Source: an uncultured Acidobacteriota bacterium (GTDB lineage: Bacteria > Acidobacteriota > Thermoanaerobaculia > Gp7-AA8). From it: a stretch of 64,000 nucleotides of DNA. The notes beneath the pieces were generated by a model. The model made no database searches. It saw nothing but the letters and a program-made list of their open reading frames with translations, and was not told the origin of the DNA. The first letter of the stretch is position 1; the number at the start of each line of letters is the position of its first letter. Made by a program: the position numbers and the translations under genes. This document shows, in pieces, positions 10,513 to 22,312 of the stretch. The stretch is from contig CAWGHO010000001.1 in the NCBI GenBank assembly GCA_963822445.1, forward strand, positions 1,195,967 through 1,259,966, in the 5' to 3' direction.

Positions 10513-13500
10513 TCAGCGAACCGGTACGGCCCGCACCGGTATCACCACCCGGAACGTGCTCCCCTCCCCCTCCTCACTCTCCACCTCCACCACCCCGCCG
10601 TGCAGCTCGGTGAAGCGCTTCACCACGGAGAGGCCGAGGCCTGTGCCTTGGGGGCGGCGGGTGCCGGGTGGGTGGATCTGGCGGAACTCGTCGAAGATCG
10701 CGTGCTGGTCCTCGGGGGCGATGCCGATGCCGTGATCGATGACCGACACGGCGATGGAGTCGGTGCGGATTGGCGACTCCATCGCCGGCAGGAGGCGGGC
10801 GACGATCTGCACCTTCGAGCGATCGGGCGAAAACTTCACGGCATTCGAGACGAGGTTGTAGAGCACCTGTTTGAACTTGATGCCGTCGACCACGATCATC
10901 CCGATGTCCGGTGAGAGATCGAACTCGAGATCGATGCCGCGCGGGATGGTGATGCCCTTGAGCACGCGCGCCACGCTGTCGAGCGTCTCGCGCAGAACCA
11001 CCGGCTCGAGGTCGAGACTCATCTTCCCCGCCTCGATCTTCGCCAGGTCGAGGATGTCGTTGATGAGCGTCAGCAGATGCTCGCCGGAAACGGAGATGTT
11101 GTTGAGGAAGCGCATCTGCCGCTCGGTGAACGTCGCTTTCTCGCCGTCGCGCAGCAGCACGCCGGCGAAACCGATGATCGCGTTAAGGGGCGTGCGCAGT
11201 TCGTGGGAAACGTTCGCCAGGAAGATGCTCTTGGCCTGATTCGCCGACTCGGCCTCGATCAACGCCGCCTCGATGTCGCGCGTGCGGGCGGCGACGACGT
11301 CCTCCAGCTCCTTCTCGCGGCGTTTGCTCACGTACACGCGGCGCTGCTGGAGCAACCACACCAGCGAGACGAGCAGCAGAAGGATCAGCAGCGGGAACCA
11401 GAGCGTCTGCACGAACTTCCGCTCGACCTTCATGGCCAGCGATGCGCCCTGGCGGTTCCAGGCGCCGTCCGCGTTCGCGGCGATCACCTGAAAGCGGTAC
11501 TCGCCGGGCGGCACGCCTGTGTAGAACGCGACGCGGCGCTGGCCGGGATCGACCCAGTCCCGGTCGAATCCCTCCAGCCTGTAGCGAAATTTGACTTTCA
11601 TCGGCGACGCGTAGGTCAGCGCGGCGTAACGGAATTCGATGTGTTGCGTGTCCGGCGGGATGACCAGCTTCGTCGAAACCGGCACTTCACGCCCATCGAC
11701 GATGGCCGCTTCGAGACGAACGGGCGGCGGCCGCGGATTTCTGAGCGCCGCGTCGCGCGGCGCGATCGTCGCCACGCCATCGACCGTTGAAAACCAGAGC
11801 CGCCCGTCGCGCGAGCGCATGGCCGCTGGATACGTGCTGCCGTTGCACTCCACGCTGCGGACACCGTCGCCTGCTCCGTAGACTTCCGAGGTTACGCGGG
11901 TGCGTTTGCCGGCGGCGACTTCCTCGAGCTCGCGCGCGGTGACGCTCCAGATGCCCCGTCCGCCGCCGAACCAGAACCGGCCGCTCGCGTCCTCGAGCAA
12001 CTGCATGACCTTGTCGCTGAAGAGTCCCGAGTCGACGGTGTAGCGCGTGAAGCGGCCGTCCTTCATGCGGATCAACCCCGCGCTGTCGGTGCCGATCCAG
12101 ACCGTGCCCGCCGCATCTACATGCAGCGCAAGAACATGTGAGTCGGGCAACCCTTCCGCCTCCGTCCAGGTCGTGAACCTGCCGTTCTGATGACGAGCGA
12201 TGCCGCGGCCGTCGGTACCGATCCAGATGCTGCCGTCGGGCGCGGCAGCGAATGCCTGCACGAAGGTCGCGTTCCATCGCGGGCCGGGCAGGAGCCTTTC
12301 GAACTTCCCGTTGGTGTATCGCGTGAGGCCGCGATCGGTGCCGATCCACAGCTGCCCTTCCCTGTCGAAGAAAAGCGCGCGAACGGTGCGGCTGGAAAGT
12401 CCGTCCGCTTCTCCGAACGTCGTCACGCGCCCGTTGGCGAAGCGATTCAATCCCGTCGGCGTGCCTACCCACATCGCCCCGTCCGGCGCCTCCGCGAGAC
12501 TGAGCACGTAGTCGTTCGTGAGTCCATCCTTCGTGGTGAAGGTCGTCTTCTCCCGGCCGGTGAACCGCGTGAGACCGTTCGCGGTGCCGATCCAGATGTT
12601 GCCCGCGCGGTCTTCGAGCACCGTGCGCGCGTACGAATCGACCAATCCTTCCGGTCTACCCACCGTGACGAACTTGCCGCGGGTCAGGCACTCCAGGCCA
12701 CCGTTCGTGCCGACCCAGATGTTCTTTTCGACGTCCTCGAACAGCGAGCGGACGGAGTTGTTGAGGAGCCCTTCACCGGTGGTGAAGCGATCGACCTCGC
12801 CGCCGGCGATCCGAAAGAGACCGTTGCTGTACGTCCCGATCCACAGCGTGCCGTCGGAATCGTGCAACAGCGCCGTGACCTGCTCTTCGGGGATTCCCTC
12901 GATGCGCTGGACGTCGGCGGCGATCCGATGCAGACCCTGATTCGTTCCGGTCCAGACCGTGCCGTCGCGATCGGCGAGGATCGCGTAAACCGACGCGGTC
13001 GAAAGCTGCGGCGCAACCGGCGCGACCACGCCGTTGCGCAGCACGAGCAGTCCGCTGCCGCGCGTTCCGACCCACAACGCGCCGTCGGGCGCGATGGTGA
13101 GCGACAGAACGGAGATGTCCGGGATGACCGGCTTCTCCACGCGGCCGTTGCGATACGCGCACAGCCCCGCCGAAGTCCCGATCCACACCGTCCCATCCCC
13201 CGCCTCGGCCAGCGCCGCCACGATGTCGCTCGGCAGGCCTTCCTCCATCCCGAGAACGCGAACCTTTCCATCGCGCAGCGAGCCCGCACCGCCGCCGTTC
13301 GTGCCCGCCCACAACGTTCCGTCGCGGCTCTTCATCAGCGCGAGCACGGTGTCGCGGCGCAATGCGGGCAGGTTCTTCTTGTCGAAACGGGTGAAGGTCT
13401 CGCCGTTGAATCGCGCCAGACCTTCGTACGTGGCGACCCAGATGTAGCCGTCGCTGGTCTGCAGGATTCCGCGCACGACGCTGTTCGGAAGTCCGTCCTC

Positions 13501-13611
13501 GAGCTTCCACGAGCTTCGCGCGTACTGGCTGATGGCGCGGTCGGCTTCCAGCGCGTGCGCGGACGACGACGCGAGCGCAACCACGACTACGGCGGCAGCC
13601 AGCTTACGCAA
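10513..13611 (-). CDS. Sensor histidine kinase with a periplasmic two-component-regulator beta-propeller (Reg_prop repeats) plus Y_Y_Y domain, one TM helix, HisKA and HATPase_c
   Basis: 1032-aa ORF. Signal peptide MRKLAAAVVVVALASSSAHA, about 14 propeller blades of the form G(T/L)WxGTxxGLxR, TM LLILLLLVSLVWLL, H-box [14 protein letters not shown], and a G-box GTGLGLSVV. Confidence 0.85.
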   Translation of the reverse strand: MRKLAAAVVVVALASSSAHALEADRAISQYARSSWKLEDGLPNSVVRGILQTSDGYIWVATYEGLARFNGETFTRFDKKNLPALRRDTVLALMKSRDGTLWAGTNGGGAGSLRDGKVRVLGMEEGLPSDIVAALAEAGDGTVWIGTSAGLCAYRNGRVEKPVIPDISVLSLTIAPDGALWVGTRGSGLLVLRNGVVAPVAPQLSTASVYAILADRDGTVWTGTNQGLHRIAADVQRIEGIPEEQVTALLHDSDGTLWIGTYSNGLFRIAGGEVDRFTTGEGLLNNSVRSLFEDVEKNIWVGTNGGLECLTRGKFVTVGRPEGLVDSYARTVLEDRAGNIWIGTANGLTRFTGREKTTFTTKDGLTNDYVLSLAEAPDGAMWVGTPTGLNRFANGRVTTFGEADGLSSRTVRALFFDREGQLWIGTDRGLTRYTNGKFERLLPGPRWNATFVQAFAAAPDGSIWIGTDGRGIARHQNGRFTTWTEAEGLPDSHVLALHVDAAGTVWIGTDSAGLIRMKDGRFTRYTVDSGLFSDKVMQLLEDASGRFWFGGGRGIWSVTARELEEVAAGKRTRVTSEVYGAGDGVRSVECNGSTYPAAMRSRDGRLWFSTVDGVATIAPRDAALRNPRPPPVRLEAAIVDGREVPVSTKLVIPPDTQHIEFRYAALTYASPMKVKFRYRLEGFDRDWVDPGQRRVAFYTGVPPGEYRFQVIAANADGAWNRQGASLAMKVERKFVQTLWFPLLILLLLVSLVWLLQQRRVYVSKRREKELEDVVAARTRDIEAALIEAESANQAKSIFLANVSHELRTPLNAIIGFAGVLLRDGEKATFTERQMRFLNNISVSGEHLLTLINDILDLAKIEAGKMSLDLEPVVLRETLDSVARVLKGITIPRGIDLEFDLSPDIGMIVVDGIKFKQVLYNLVSNAVKFSPDRSKVQIVARLLPAMESPIRTDSIAVSVIDHGIGIAPEDQHAIFDEFRQIHPPGTRRPQGTGLGLSVVKRFTELHGGVVEVESEEGEGSTFRVVIPVRAVPVR

Positions 13612-13659
13612 CGTTTGAATTCCTCGGACCTGCGGATGGGGCGCGGAGATTCTACTCGT

Positions 13660-14886
<1,227 letters not shown>

Positions 14887-14904
14887 GAGTCACGCGCTCC
14901 GCGC

Positions 14905-14939
14905 GGATTGAGGATTGAGGATTGAGGATTGAGGATTCA
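14905..14939. repeat. Tandem heptamer (GGATTGA)x4 plus GGATTCA
   Basis: Direct reading of the sequence. It lies between the stop of the upstream permease paralogue (TGA at 14937-39, inside the last unit) and the ATG of the intact permease (14886). Confidence 0.9.
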
Positions 14940-16190
14940 TTCGTATCTCAAAGCCTCGATCGGATCCAACCGCGATGCCGTCAGCGCCGGCGCGAATCCC
15001 GAGAAGATTCCGGTCAGGGTCGACACGAACAGACCGGTGATCACCAGCCCGACCGAGAACTTCAGCGGGAACGACGGGAACGCTGCCGCGACCGCGGCGC
15101 AGAGCAGCCAGGAGAGAGTCAGTCCGATGACGCCGCCGACGAGGCAGATCGAGACCGCTTCGATCAGGAACTGCAGAAGGATCGTGCGGCGCCGCGCGCC
15201 GACGGCCTTGCGCGTGCCGATCTCGCGCGTCCGCTCTTTCACGCTGACGTAGGTGATGTTCATGATCCCGATCGCGCCGACGAACAAGCGCCAGGCCGGT
15301 CACGAAAAGGCCGGCCACGGCGATGCCGCTCTTGATCGGATCGATCGTGCTGCGCAGCGCCTGCTGCTCGTTGATGGAGAAGTCGTTCTTCTGCTCCGGG
15401 CGAAGACCGCGCACGCGGCGCATCGCCCCGGTCAACTCGTCCGTCGCCGCTCCCATCCGGTTCTTGTCGCGAACCTTCACGCGGATCGACGTATCGAGTC
15501 GCGAGCTGAATGCTTTCTGAAATGCCGGCAACGGCACGACGGCATACGTGTCGAAGCTGAACAGCCCGAGAAACGTCCCCTGCTTCGCGTAAACGCCGAT
15601 GACCTTGAACGGCGTGCCGCTGATCATCACCGTCTTGTCGAGGGGGCGCTCGTTCGGGAAGAGTGCTTCGGCGACGTCGAATCCGAGGATCACTACGTTG
15701 CGGCCGGAGCGCGCTTCGGGCTCGTTGAAGAAACGCCCCTCGCGGAACGACGACGTCGACGTGACCAGAAACTCGTCGGTCGTCCCCTGCGTGAACACGC
15801 CGCGCACTTCGTTGTCCGCGTACTTCACGCTGCGCATGGTGTTGATCGTCGGCACGGCGATCATCAGCTCGGAGTTCGGCGTCGCGTCGATGATCCGCTG
15901 CAGGTCCTGCGCGTACCGCGACTGCATCGTCCGGCGGTTGCGGTAGTTCCACCAGTCGTCGACGTGTCGACCACGGCCATTTCTCGACGTAGAGGATGTC
16001 ATCGCCGATCACGGCCAGACTGCGCTCGAACCCCGTTTCGATCCCGCCGATCGCCGAGCCCATGAGCGTGACGGCGATGATGCCGATGATCACGCCGAGG
16101 GCCGTGAGCGCCGAGCGCATCTTGTGCGCACGGATGACCAGCGCCGCGATGCGGAAGGATTCGGTGATCTCGGTGAGGAGGTCGATCATG
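14937..16190 (-). pseudogene. Second MacB/FtsX-family permease (paralogue), split into three frames by two indel frameshifts
   Basis: N-terminus MIDLLTEITESFRIAALVIRAHKMRSALTALGVIIG in ORF 15260..16279. Middle periplasmic domain in 14890..16002. C-terminal FtsX domain …VKERTREIGTRKAVGA…DPIEALRYE in 14937..15287. Confidence 0.7.
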
Positions 16191-16297
16191 GGTTGCTGAG
16201 TTGCTAGGTTGCTGGGTTGCTGAGTGCTCCGCTTGTGCGTGAGTCGTGGCTCTCGGCGCAGCACCGAGCAACCCAGCAACCTAGCAACCCAGCAACC
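16191..16297. repeat. About 42-bp imperfect inverted repeat; each arm is itself a tandem array of GGTTGCTG(A/G), with a 23-nt loop
   Basis: Left arm GGTTGCTGAGTTGCTAGGTTGCTGGGTTGCTGAGTGCTCCGC; right arm GCGCAGCACCGAGCAACCCAGCAACCTAGCAACCCAGCAACC, its near reverse complement. It sits exactly between the membrane-fusion-protein stop (TAG 16297-99) and the start of permease 2 (~16190). Confidence 0.85.
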
Positions 16298-17628
16298 TAA
16301 GTTTTCGCTTTCTCCACCTTCTCCAACGCCACCTTCATCCCGTCCTTCAGCTTCCTGGAAATGGCCGTGTACGAGCCGGAGACGATCTCGTCGCCGCTCT
16401 TGATGCCGGACTTGATCTCGATGAAGGTGTCGTCGGCGATGCCGGTCTCGACTTTCTGCATCTTCACGATGTCGCCGTTTTTCACGAAGACGACTCGCTG
16501 CAGTTTGAGGCGCTGGGCGCGTTCTTTCTGTTTCTCCAGCGTTTCGTTGGCGACGTCGGCGCGGTTGTCGTCCTTGTCCCGCGCGGCCTGGGCCACGCGC
16601 TGCCGCTCCAGCTCCTCGGGCGAGAGATCGGTATCGGTGCTGCGCACGGTCACGCTCTGAATCGGCACGGCGATCACGTTCTTCACCGTGGCGGTCTCGA
16701 TGTCCGCGGTCGTGCTCATGCCCGGGCGGAGTCGCACGGAGCGATCGGGGATGCTGATCTTGACCTCGAAATTCGTGACCTCTTCCTGCGTGCCGGCGTT
16801 GCGGGTGAGCGCGGTGCTGGCGATCTCGCGCACGACGCCGCGGATCTCGCGGTCGGGATAGGCATCGACGCTGATGCGCGCCGAATCGCCGACCTTCACG
16901 TCGACGACGTCGTTCTCGTTGACGTTGACCCGCGCTTCCATGTGATCGAGATCGGCGATGCGCATGACTTCCGTGCCGGCGAACTGGCTCGTGCCGACGA
17001 CGCGCTCGCCGACGCGGCTGGTCAGCGAACTGATGGTGCCGTTCGCCGGCGCGTAAATGACGGTCTTCGACAGCGATTCATTGATCTGCCGCAACGCTCC
17101 CTCGGCCTGCTGGATCTGGAACCGCGCCGAGTCCAGCGCCGCTTTCGCGCCGTCGTACGCGGTCTTCGCGGCGTTGAGCTCGGATGCGGAGGTGAGTCCG
17201 CCTTCGTGGAGCTTCTGGATGCGCCGGTATTCGTTCTCGAACTTTTCGAGCTCCGCGCGATTGCGAACGCTTGCCGACCGCGCGCCGTTGAGCGCGGCCA
17301 TCGACGACTCGACCTGCGCGCGATAGGTATCGGGCTTGATGCGCAGCAACATCTGTCCGCGCTGCACGACCTGCCCTTCCTTGACCGTGATCTCGACGAT
17401 CTCGCCGGACACTTCCGGCGCGATCTTCACCTCGACCTCCGGCTGGATCTTCCCCGTCGCCGTCACGACCTCGGTGAGGTTGGTGACGAAGGCCTTGTCC
17501 GTCGTCACGAGGACAGGCTTTTCCTTCTTGCGCGATGCCGCCACCGCGGCGACGACGCCGGCGAGCAGGACGATCACACCAATGATCCAGTACAGCTTTT
17601 TCCGCGAACGTCTCGGACCTTCAGCCAT
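16297..17628 (-). CDS. HlyD/MacA-family periplasmic adaptor (membrane-fusion protein)
   Basis: 443-aa ORF with an N-terminal TM anchor, a coiled-coil hairpin, and lipoyl/beta-barrel domains typical of MacA/DevB adaptors. Confidence 0.85.
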   Translation of the reverse strand: MAEGPRRSRKKLYWIIGVIVLLAGVVAAVAASRKKEKPVLVTTDKAFVTNLTEVVTATGKIQPEVEVKIAPEVSGEIVEITVKEGQVVQRGQMLLRIKPDTYRAQVESSMAALNGARSASVRNRAELEKFENEYRRIQKLHEGGLTSASELNAAKTAYDGAKAALDSARFQIQQAEGALRQINESLSKTVIYAPANGTISSLTSRVGERVVGTSQFAGTEVMRIADLDHMEARVNVNENDVVDVKVGDSARISVDAYPDREIRGVVREIASTALTRNAGTQEEVTNFEVKISIPDRSVRLRPGMSTTADIETATVKNVIAVPIQSVTVRSTDTDLSPEELERQRVAQAARDKDDNRADVANETLEKQKERAQRLKLQRVVFVKNGDIVKMQKVETGIADDTFIEIKSGIKSGDEIVSGSYTAISRKLKDGMKVALEKVEKAKT

Positions 17629-17707
17629 GTCGATGACTCCGTAACGGCATTATCTGTTTTGAGCATACGAGGACCGCGGGAAAACGTTCCAGACTAGACT
17701 TATTCGC

Positions 17708-18616
17708 ATGATCCTGGCGGCGATTGCGACCTGGCTGACTCTGGCGCCAGTGCTCGTCCCGCGGCAGGAAGTGGCGGTCGCGGCGGTCAACGGGAAGGTC
17801 TACCTGATCGGCGGGATCGCCGCGGATCAATCCATCCTCGATTCCGTCGAGGAGTACGACCCGGCCACGAATTCCTGGCGCTTCATCGCGCCGCTGCCAC
17901 GGCCGCGGCATCACACGGCGGCGACGGTCGTCGGAACGGACATCTACGTGATCGGCGGTTTCGGTCCGTTCGGCTTCCAGCCCGAGCGCAACGTGTATCG
18001 ATACGAGTCGCGGTCGGGCCAATGGTCGGAAGTTGCGCCGTTGCCGGTATCGCGCGGCGCTCTCGCGGCGGTGACGATCGAGGGGAAGATCTACGCGGTC
18101 GGTGGCGTCCCGGGTTCCGGTCGCGATCTGACGATGTACGACCCGACTACGAACACGTGGACATCGCGGGCGTCGATGCCCACCGGGCGCGAGCACCTTT
18201 CCGCGGCGACGATCGACGGGAAGTTGTACGTGGCGGGCGGACGGCTTGGCGCGAATACGGATGCGTTCGAGCGATACGACCCCGTCACGAACACGTGGAC
18301 GGTGTTGCCACCGCTTCCGACCGCGCGCGGCGGACTCGCGGCGGCGGCTGTCGGGTCCCGGATTTACGTGTTTGGCGGGGAAGGCAATCCATCAACGGCG
18401 ACGGGCGTGTTCGAAGAGAACGAATCGTTCGATGTGGTCAGCGGGACGTGGCGAGCCGAGGTGCCGATGGCCTTTCCGCGACATGGCATCGGCGCGGTGT
18501 CGATCGGGAATCGCATCTACATTCCGGGAGGTGCGCCGGTGCAGGGATTCGGCACGACGAACGTGCACGATGTGCTGGTGATCGACGCGCCGCGGCGAAG
18601 GTCAGTGCGGAAGTAG
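17708..18616 (+). CDS. Kelch-repeat beta-propeller protein
   Basis: 302-aa ORF with six repeats of the form …IYVIGG…YDPxTNxW…. Confidence 0.8.
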   Translation: MILAAIATWLTLAPVLVPRQEVAVAAVNGKVYLIGGIAADQSILDSVEEYDPATNSWRFIAPLPRPRHHTAATVVGTDIYVIGGFGPFGFQPERNVYRYESRSGQWSEVAPLPVSRGALAAVTIEGKIYAVGGVPGSGRDLTMYDPTTNTWTSRASMPTGREHLSAATIDGKLYVAGGRLGANTDAFERYDPVTNTWTVLPPLPTARGGLAAAAVGSRIYVFGGEGNPSTATGVFEENESFDVVSGTWRAEVPMAFPRHGIGAVSIGNRIYIPGGAPVQGFGTTNVHDVLVIDAPRRRSVRK

Positions 18617-18689
18617 GAGGGGAGCGGCCGTCCCGGCCGCATGCGCGGGGCATGATGCCCCGCGCGTGCGAGCGGGACGCTCGCTCCCC

Positions 18690-19439
18690 TTACACAACCG
18701 CTCCCATGTTCTCCTCGAGGTGCTTCACCTTCGAGGTCCCCGGAATCGGCAACATCACCGGCGATCGCTCGAGGAGCCATTGCAGCGCCTCGCGCGCCGA
18801 TACCTTCAGTTTCCCCACCTGCAGCGGATACCAGGGGATGAAGGCGATGTTCTCGCGCTCGCAGTAATCGAGGACGTTCTCCCACTCACGGTCTTCGAGG
18901 TTGTAGCGGTTCTGCACGGACACGACATTGAAGTGTTTCCGCGCGCGCTCGATCTGCTCGATGGTCACTTCGGAAAGACCGAGGTGGCGGACCTTGCCTT
19001 CGCGCTGAAACTCGACCAGCGCGCCGAACTGCTCCTCCTCGGGGACCTCGTCGTCGATGCGATGCAGTTGAAAGAGATCGATCCGGTCGAGCTTCAGCCG
19101 CCGCAGGCTTCCTTCGAGACCTTCGCGCAGCCGCTCGGGCCGGCAATTCACGACCCACTCGCCCGGACCGGGACGATCGAAGCCGGACTTAGTCGCGATC
19201 ACCAGCCCATCCGGATACGGATGCAGCGCTTCGGCGATCAACTCCTCCGAAACGTACGGGCCGTACGACTCCGCGGTGTCGATGAGGTTGACGCCGAGCT
19301 CCACCGCGCGGCGCAGGACCGCCAGCGCTTCCTCGCGATCGCGCGGCGGTCCCCACACCCCTTCACCGGTGATGCGCATGGCGCCGAAACCGAGGCGGCG
19401 GACGGGAAGATCGTTGCCGAGGAGAAAGGTGTCGTTCAC
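18690..19439 (-). CDS. Aldo/keto reductase family oxidoreductase
   Basis: Motifs [33 protein letters not shown]. Its ATG overlaps the stop of the upstream gene as ATGA. Confidence 0.75.
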   Translation of the reverse strand: MNDTFLLGNDLPVRRLGFGAMRITGEGVWGPPRDREEALAVLRRAVELGVNLIDTAESYGPYVSEELIAEALHPYPDGLVIATKSGFDRPGPGEWVVNCRPERLREGLEGSLRRLKLDRIDLFQLHRIDDEVPEEEQFGALVEFQREGKVRHLGLSEVTIEQIERARKHFNVVSVQNRYNLEDREWENVLDYCERENIAFIPWYPLQVGKLKVSAREALQWLLERSPVMLPIPGTSKVKHLEENMGAVV

Positions 19440-20656
19440 TTCCGCGGAACTATAACCGTCGCCGTCTTCGTCGCGGCATTGCCCGAGGCATCCTTCACTT
19501 CGACAGTGATCGTGTACGTGCGGCCGGGGCCTTTGCCCCCGCGTTCCGCGCGCAGCTCGATGGTCAGAGATCCGGTGATGTTGATGTCGTTCGCCGTGTC
19601 GCCGTCGCCGAGTCCGTTGTCAGGCTCGCTGCTGGTGACGCTGATGATCCTCGCGACCGGCGCGGGATCGACGTCGTCCATCGCGAAGACGCTCACCGTG
19701 ACCGGCACCATCTTGTGATTCGGAACACTGAGCACTGAAGGCGATGGCGTGACGCTGACGATCACCGGCGCCGTCGTATCAGTCGGGGTCGGATTGATCT
19801 GAAGAGCGTAGTGATCCGTGCTGCAGCCACCGATCGTGTGCAACTCGTCGTCGTCGAAAACAGCCGCGTAGTTGCCGGCCTGCGGCGGCGCGGGCGCGAC
19901 CTGCGTCCACGTTCCACCGTTCAGGCGATACACGCCGGCATCGAGCAGGACGTGAAGGTCGCCGCCGACCACACCGCCCGCGTAAGCGTTGCTCGCGAGC
20001 GGCAGGGCCGGGCCGCTGCTCCAGGTGCCGATCAGCGGATCGAAGACGTCGATGGTGGCGATCGGTGAGACCCCGTCGTTCCCGCCGATGACCCAAAGCT
20101 TGCCGCCGTGATTGACCACCACCGGATCGATGCGTCCGGTCGGCAGGCTGGCGAAGACGAAGAAGGTGTATGGGCCGGGCTGGAATCGCGTGGCAATCGT
20201 GGCCGGGCCGAAAAAATCACCGCCGAAAACGTAGACGTACGTGCCGAGGGGAATCGTTCCGACGCTGGAGATCGGCAGCGGATAGTTCACGACGTTGAGC
20301 GTCCACGAGTCGCCCGTCGCGTTGTAGATGTCGACGGACTGCGCGTTCGTCCCGTTGTTCAGATTCTTGCCGCCGAAGAAGTAGACGTTGTCGCCGAGAA
20401 CAGCATTCGAGTTCAGATTCGTGCGGCCGACGGGACGCGGATTCGGTGCATTGGCCGACCAGGTGTTGCCGCTAAGGCTGTACTCGTCGTGGTTTGCGCC
20501 GTCGACGAGCACGATGGAGTTGTTGACGATGGCGATTCCGGATCCGCCCGCGCATCGCGCGGCGGGCAGCGGCGCGCGCGGCGTCCACCCGGCGGCGCCT
20601 GCGCTCACGGCGATCAGGGACACTGAGATCACACAGGAAACGAGACTCTTCCGCAT
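19436..20656 (-). CDS. Secreted Kelch-like beta-propeller protein with a C-terminal Ig/cadherin-like domain
   Basis: Start set at [23 protein letters not shown] (signal peptide) rather than the upstream in-frame 20878. Kelch-like GG repeats. C-terminus …[17 protein letters not shown]. Confidence 0.65.
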   Translation of the reverse strand: MRKSLVSCVISVSLIAVSAGAAGWTPRAPLPAARCAGGSGIAIVNNSIVLVDGANHDEYSLSGNTWSANAPNPRPVGRTNLNSNAVLGDNVYFFGGKNLNNGTNAQSVDIYNATGDSWTLNVVNYPLPISSVGTIPLGTYVYVFGGDFFGPATIATRFQPGPYTFFVFASLPTGRIDPVVVNHGGKLWVIGGNDGVSPIATIDVFDPLIGTWSSGPALPLASNAYAGGVVGGDLHVLLDAGVYRLNGGTWTQVAPAPPQAGNYAAVFDDDELHTIGGCSTDHYALQINPTPTDTTAPVIVSVTPSPSVLSVPNHKMVPVTVSVFAMDDVDPAPVARIISVTSSEPDNGLGDGDTANDINITGSLTIELRAERGGKGPGRTYTITVEVKDASGNAATKTATVIVPRK

Positions 20657-20743
20657 TGCTGCTCTCCTTCTCTCCGTAGGACCGTGGGTATGGCTCGACA
20701 TATTACGTCCGCTGGCGCCGGCCGGATGCATAGAATCGAAACG

Positions 20744-22189
20744 ATGTCCGCGGTGCTCGCCCTCGACGCCGGAACCACCAGTTCCCGCGCGCTCGTCTTC
20801 GATGAGCGCGGCGGGATCCTCGCGGTCGCACAGCGGGAGTTCCGGCAGCTCTATCCGCAACCTGGGTGGGTCGAGCACGATGCCGAGGAGATCTGGCGGA
20901 CGCAGATCGAGGTGGCGGCGGAGGCTGTCGCCGCGTCAGGCGTGGACATCGGCTCGATCGGGATCACCAACCAGCGCGAGACGACGGTGTTGTGGGATCG
21001 CGAGACCGGGAAACCGGTCGCGAACGCGATCGTCTGGCAGGACCGGCGAACCGCGGAGATGTGCGACGCACTGCGAAGCACGGGGCACGAGGAGCTGATC
21101 CGCGCGCGCACCGGATTGGTCATCGACGCGTACTTCTCCGGCACGAAGCTGCGCTGGCTGCTCGACCGAACTACGGCCGATGTGTCGCGCCTCGCTTTCG
21201 GAACGATCGACTCCTGGCTGGTCTGGAACCTGACTCGCGGTGCGGCGCATGTCACCGACGTGACCAACGCCTCGCGCACGATGCTGTTCGACATTCATCG
21301 CGCGGCCTGGGACGACGAGCTGTTGTCGATCATCGGCATCCCGCGATCGGTGCTGCCCGAGGTGCGCTCGTCGAGCGGGATGTTCGCGCGGACCGCGGAG
21401 GGTCTACCGATTCCGGCCGGCATCCCCATCGCCGGAATCGCGGGCGATCAACAGGCCGCGCTCTTCGGCCAGCGCTGCACGCGCGCGGGTATGGCCAAGA
21501 ACACGTACGGAACGGGATCGTTCGTGGTGATGAACACCGGCGCGAAACCGGCGATCTCCTCACACGCGCTCCTGACAACGATCGCCTGGCGCCTCGGCAA
21601 TGAGCCGATGCACTACGCGCTCGAAGGCAGCATCTTCGTCACCGGCGCGGCCGTGCAGTGGCTGCGCGATCAGTTGCACATCATCAAAACCGCGTGTGAT
21701 GTCGAAGCGCTGGCCGCGTCAGTCCCCGACACCGGCGGCGTGGTCGTCGTTCCCGCGTTCACCGGCCTCGGCACACCACACTGGGACCCCTACGCCCGCG
21801 GCGCAATCCTCGGCCTGACGCGCGGTTCCTCCGCCGCGCACATCGCGCGGGCCACGCTGGAGTCGATCGCGCTGCAGACCGCGGACGTCCTGCAGGCGAT
21901 GCGCGACGACTCCGGAATCGAGCTGACCGAGATGCGGGTCGACGGCGGCGCGTCGACGAACGATCTGTTGATGCAGATGCAGGCCGATCTCGCCGGCATC
22001 CCAGTCGTACGTACGCGCAATCCGGAAGTGACGGCGCTGGGTGCCGCGTATCTGGCCGGGCTCCCTGCGCCTGACCTGCAGGCCACGCCCGATCGCGTGT
22101 TCGAGCCGCGCATGAGCAGCGCGGAACGCGAGGAGAAGATCGTCGTGTGGCGAAGGGCGGTGGAGCGCACGAAGGGTTGGGCGTCGTAG
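20744..22189 (+). CDS. glpK: Glycerol kinase
   Basis: Start [20 protein letters not shown]…, plus [12 protein letters not shown] and the FGGY-family N- and C-terminal domains. Confidence 0.9.
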   Translation: MSAVLALDAGTTSSRALVFDERGGILAVAQREFRQLYPQPGWVEHDAEEIWRTQIEVAAEAVAASGVDIGSIGITNQRETTVLWDRETGKPVANAIVWQDRRTAEMCDALRSTGHEELIRARTGLVIDAYFSGTKLRWLLDRTTADVSRLAFGTIDSWLVWNLTRGAAHVTDVTNASRTMLFDIHRAAWDDELLSIIGIPRSVLPEVRSSSGMFARTAEGLPIPAGIPIAGIAGDQQAALFGQRCTRAGMAKNTYGTGSFVVMNTGAKPAISSHALLTTIAWRLGNEPMHYALEGSIFVTGAAVQWLRDQLHIIKTACDVEALAASVPDTGGVVVVPAFTGLGTPHWDPYARGAILGLTRGSSAAHIARATLESIALQTADVLQAMRDDSGIELTEMRVDGGASTNDLLMQMQADLAGIPVVRTRNPEVTALGAAYLAGLPAPDLQATPDRVFEPRMSSAEREEKIVVWRRAVERTKGWAS

Positions 22190-22312
22190 TACCCTCGTTT
22201 CATTCGAAAACCACTGCTTTCCCTCCTGTTCTGCTTCGTCGCGTGGAGTGCCGCGGCCGACGTCATCTTCGCGGTCGTCCCTTCCGTCGGCCGGCCTGAA
22301 GGCGGCGAGCGC

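Noticed and set aside
14905-16297. Possible CRISPR array, because short direct repeats occur at two loci
   Set aside because: Units are 7-8 bp and contiguous with no spacers, and the second locus is an inverted repeat. Not CRISPR.
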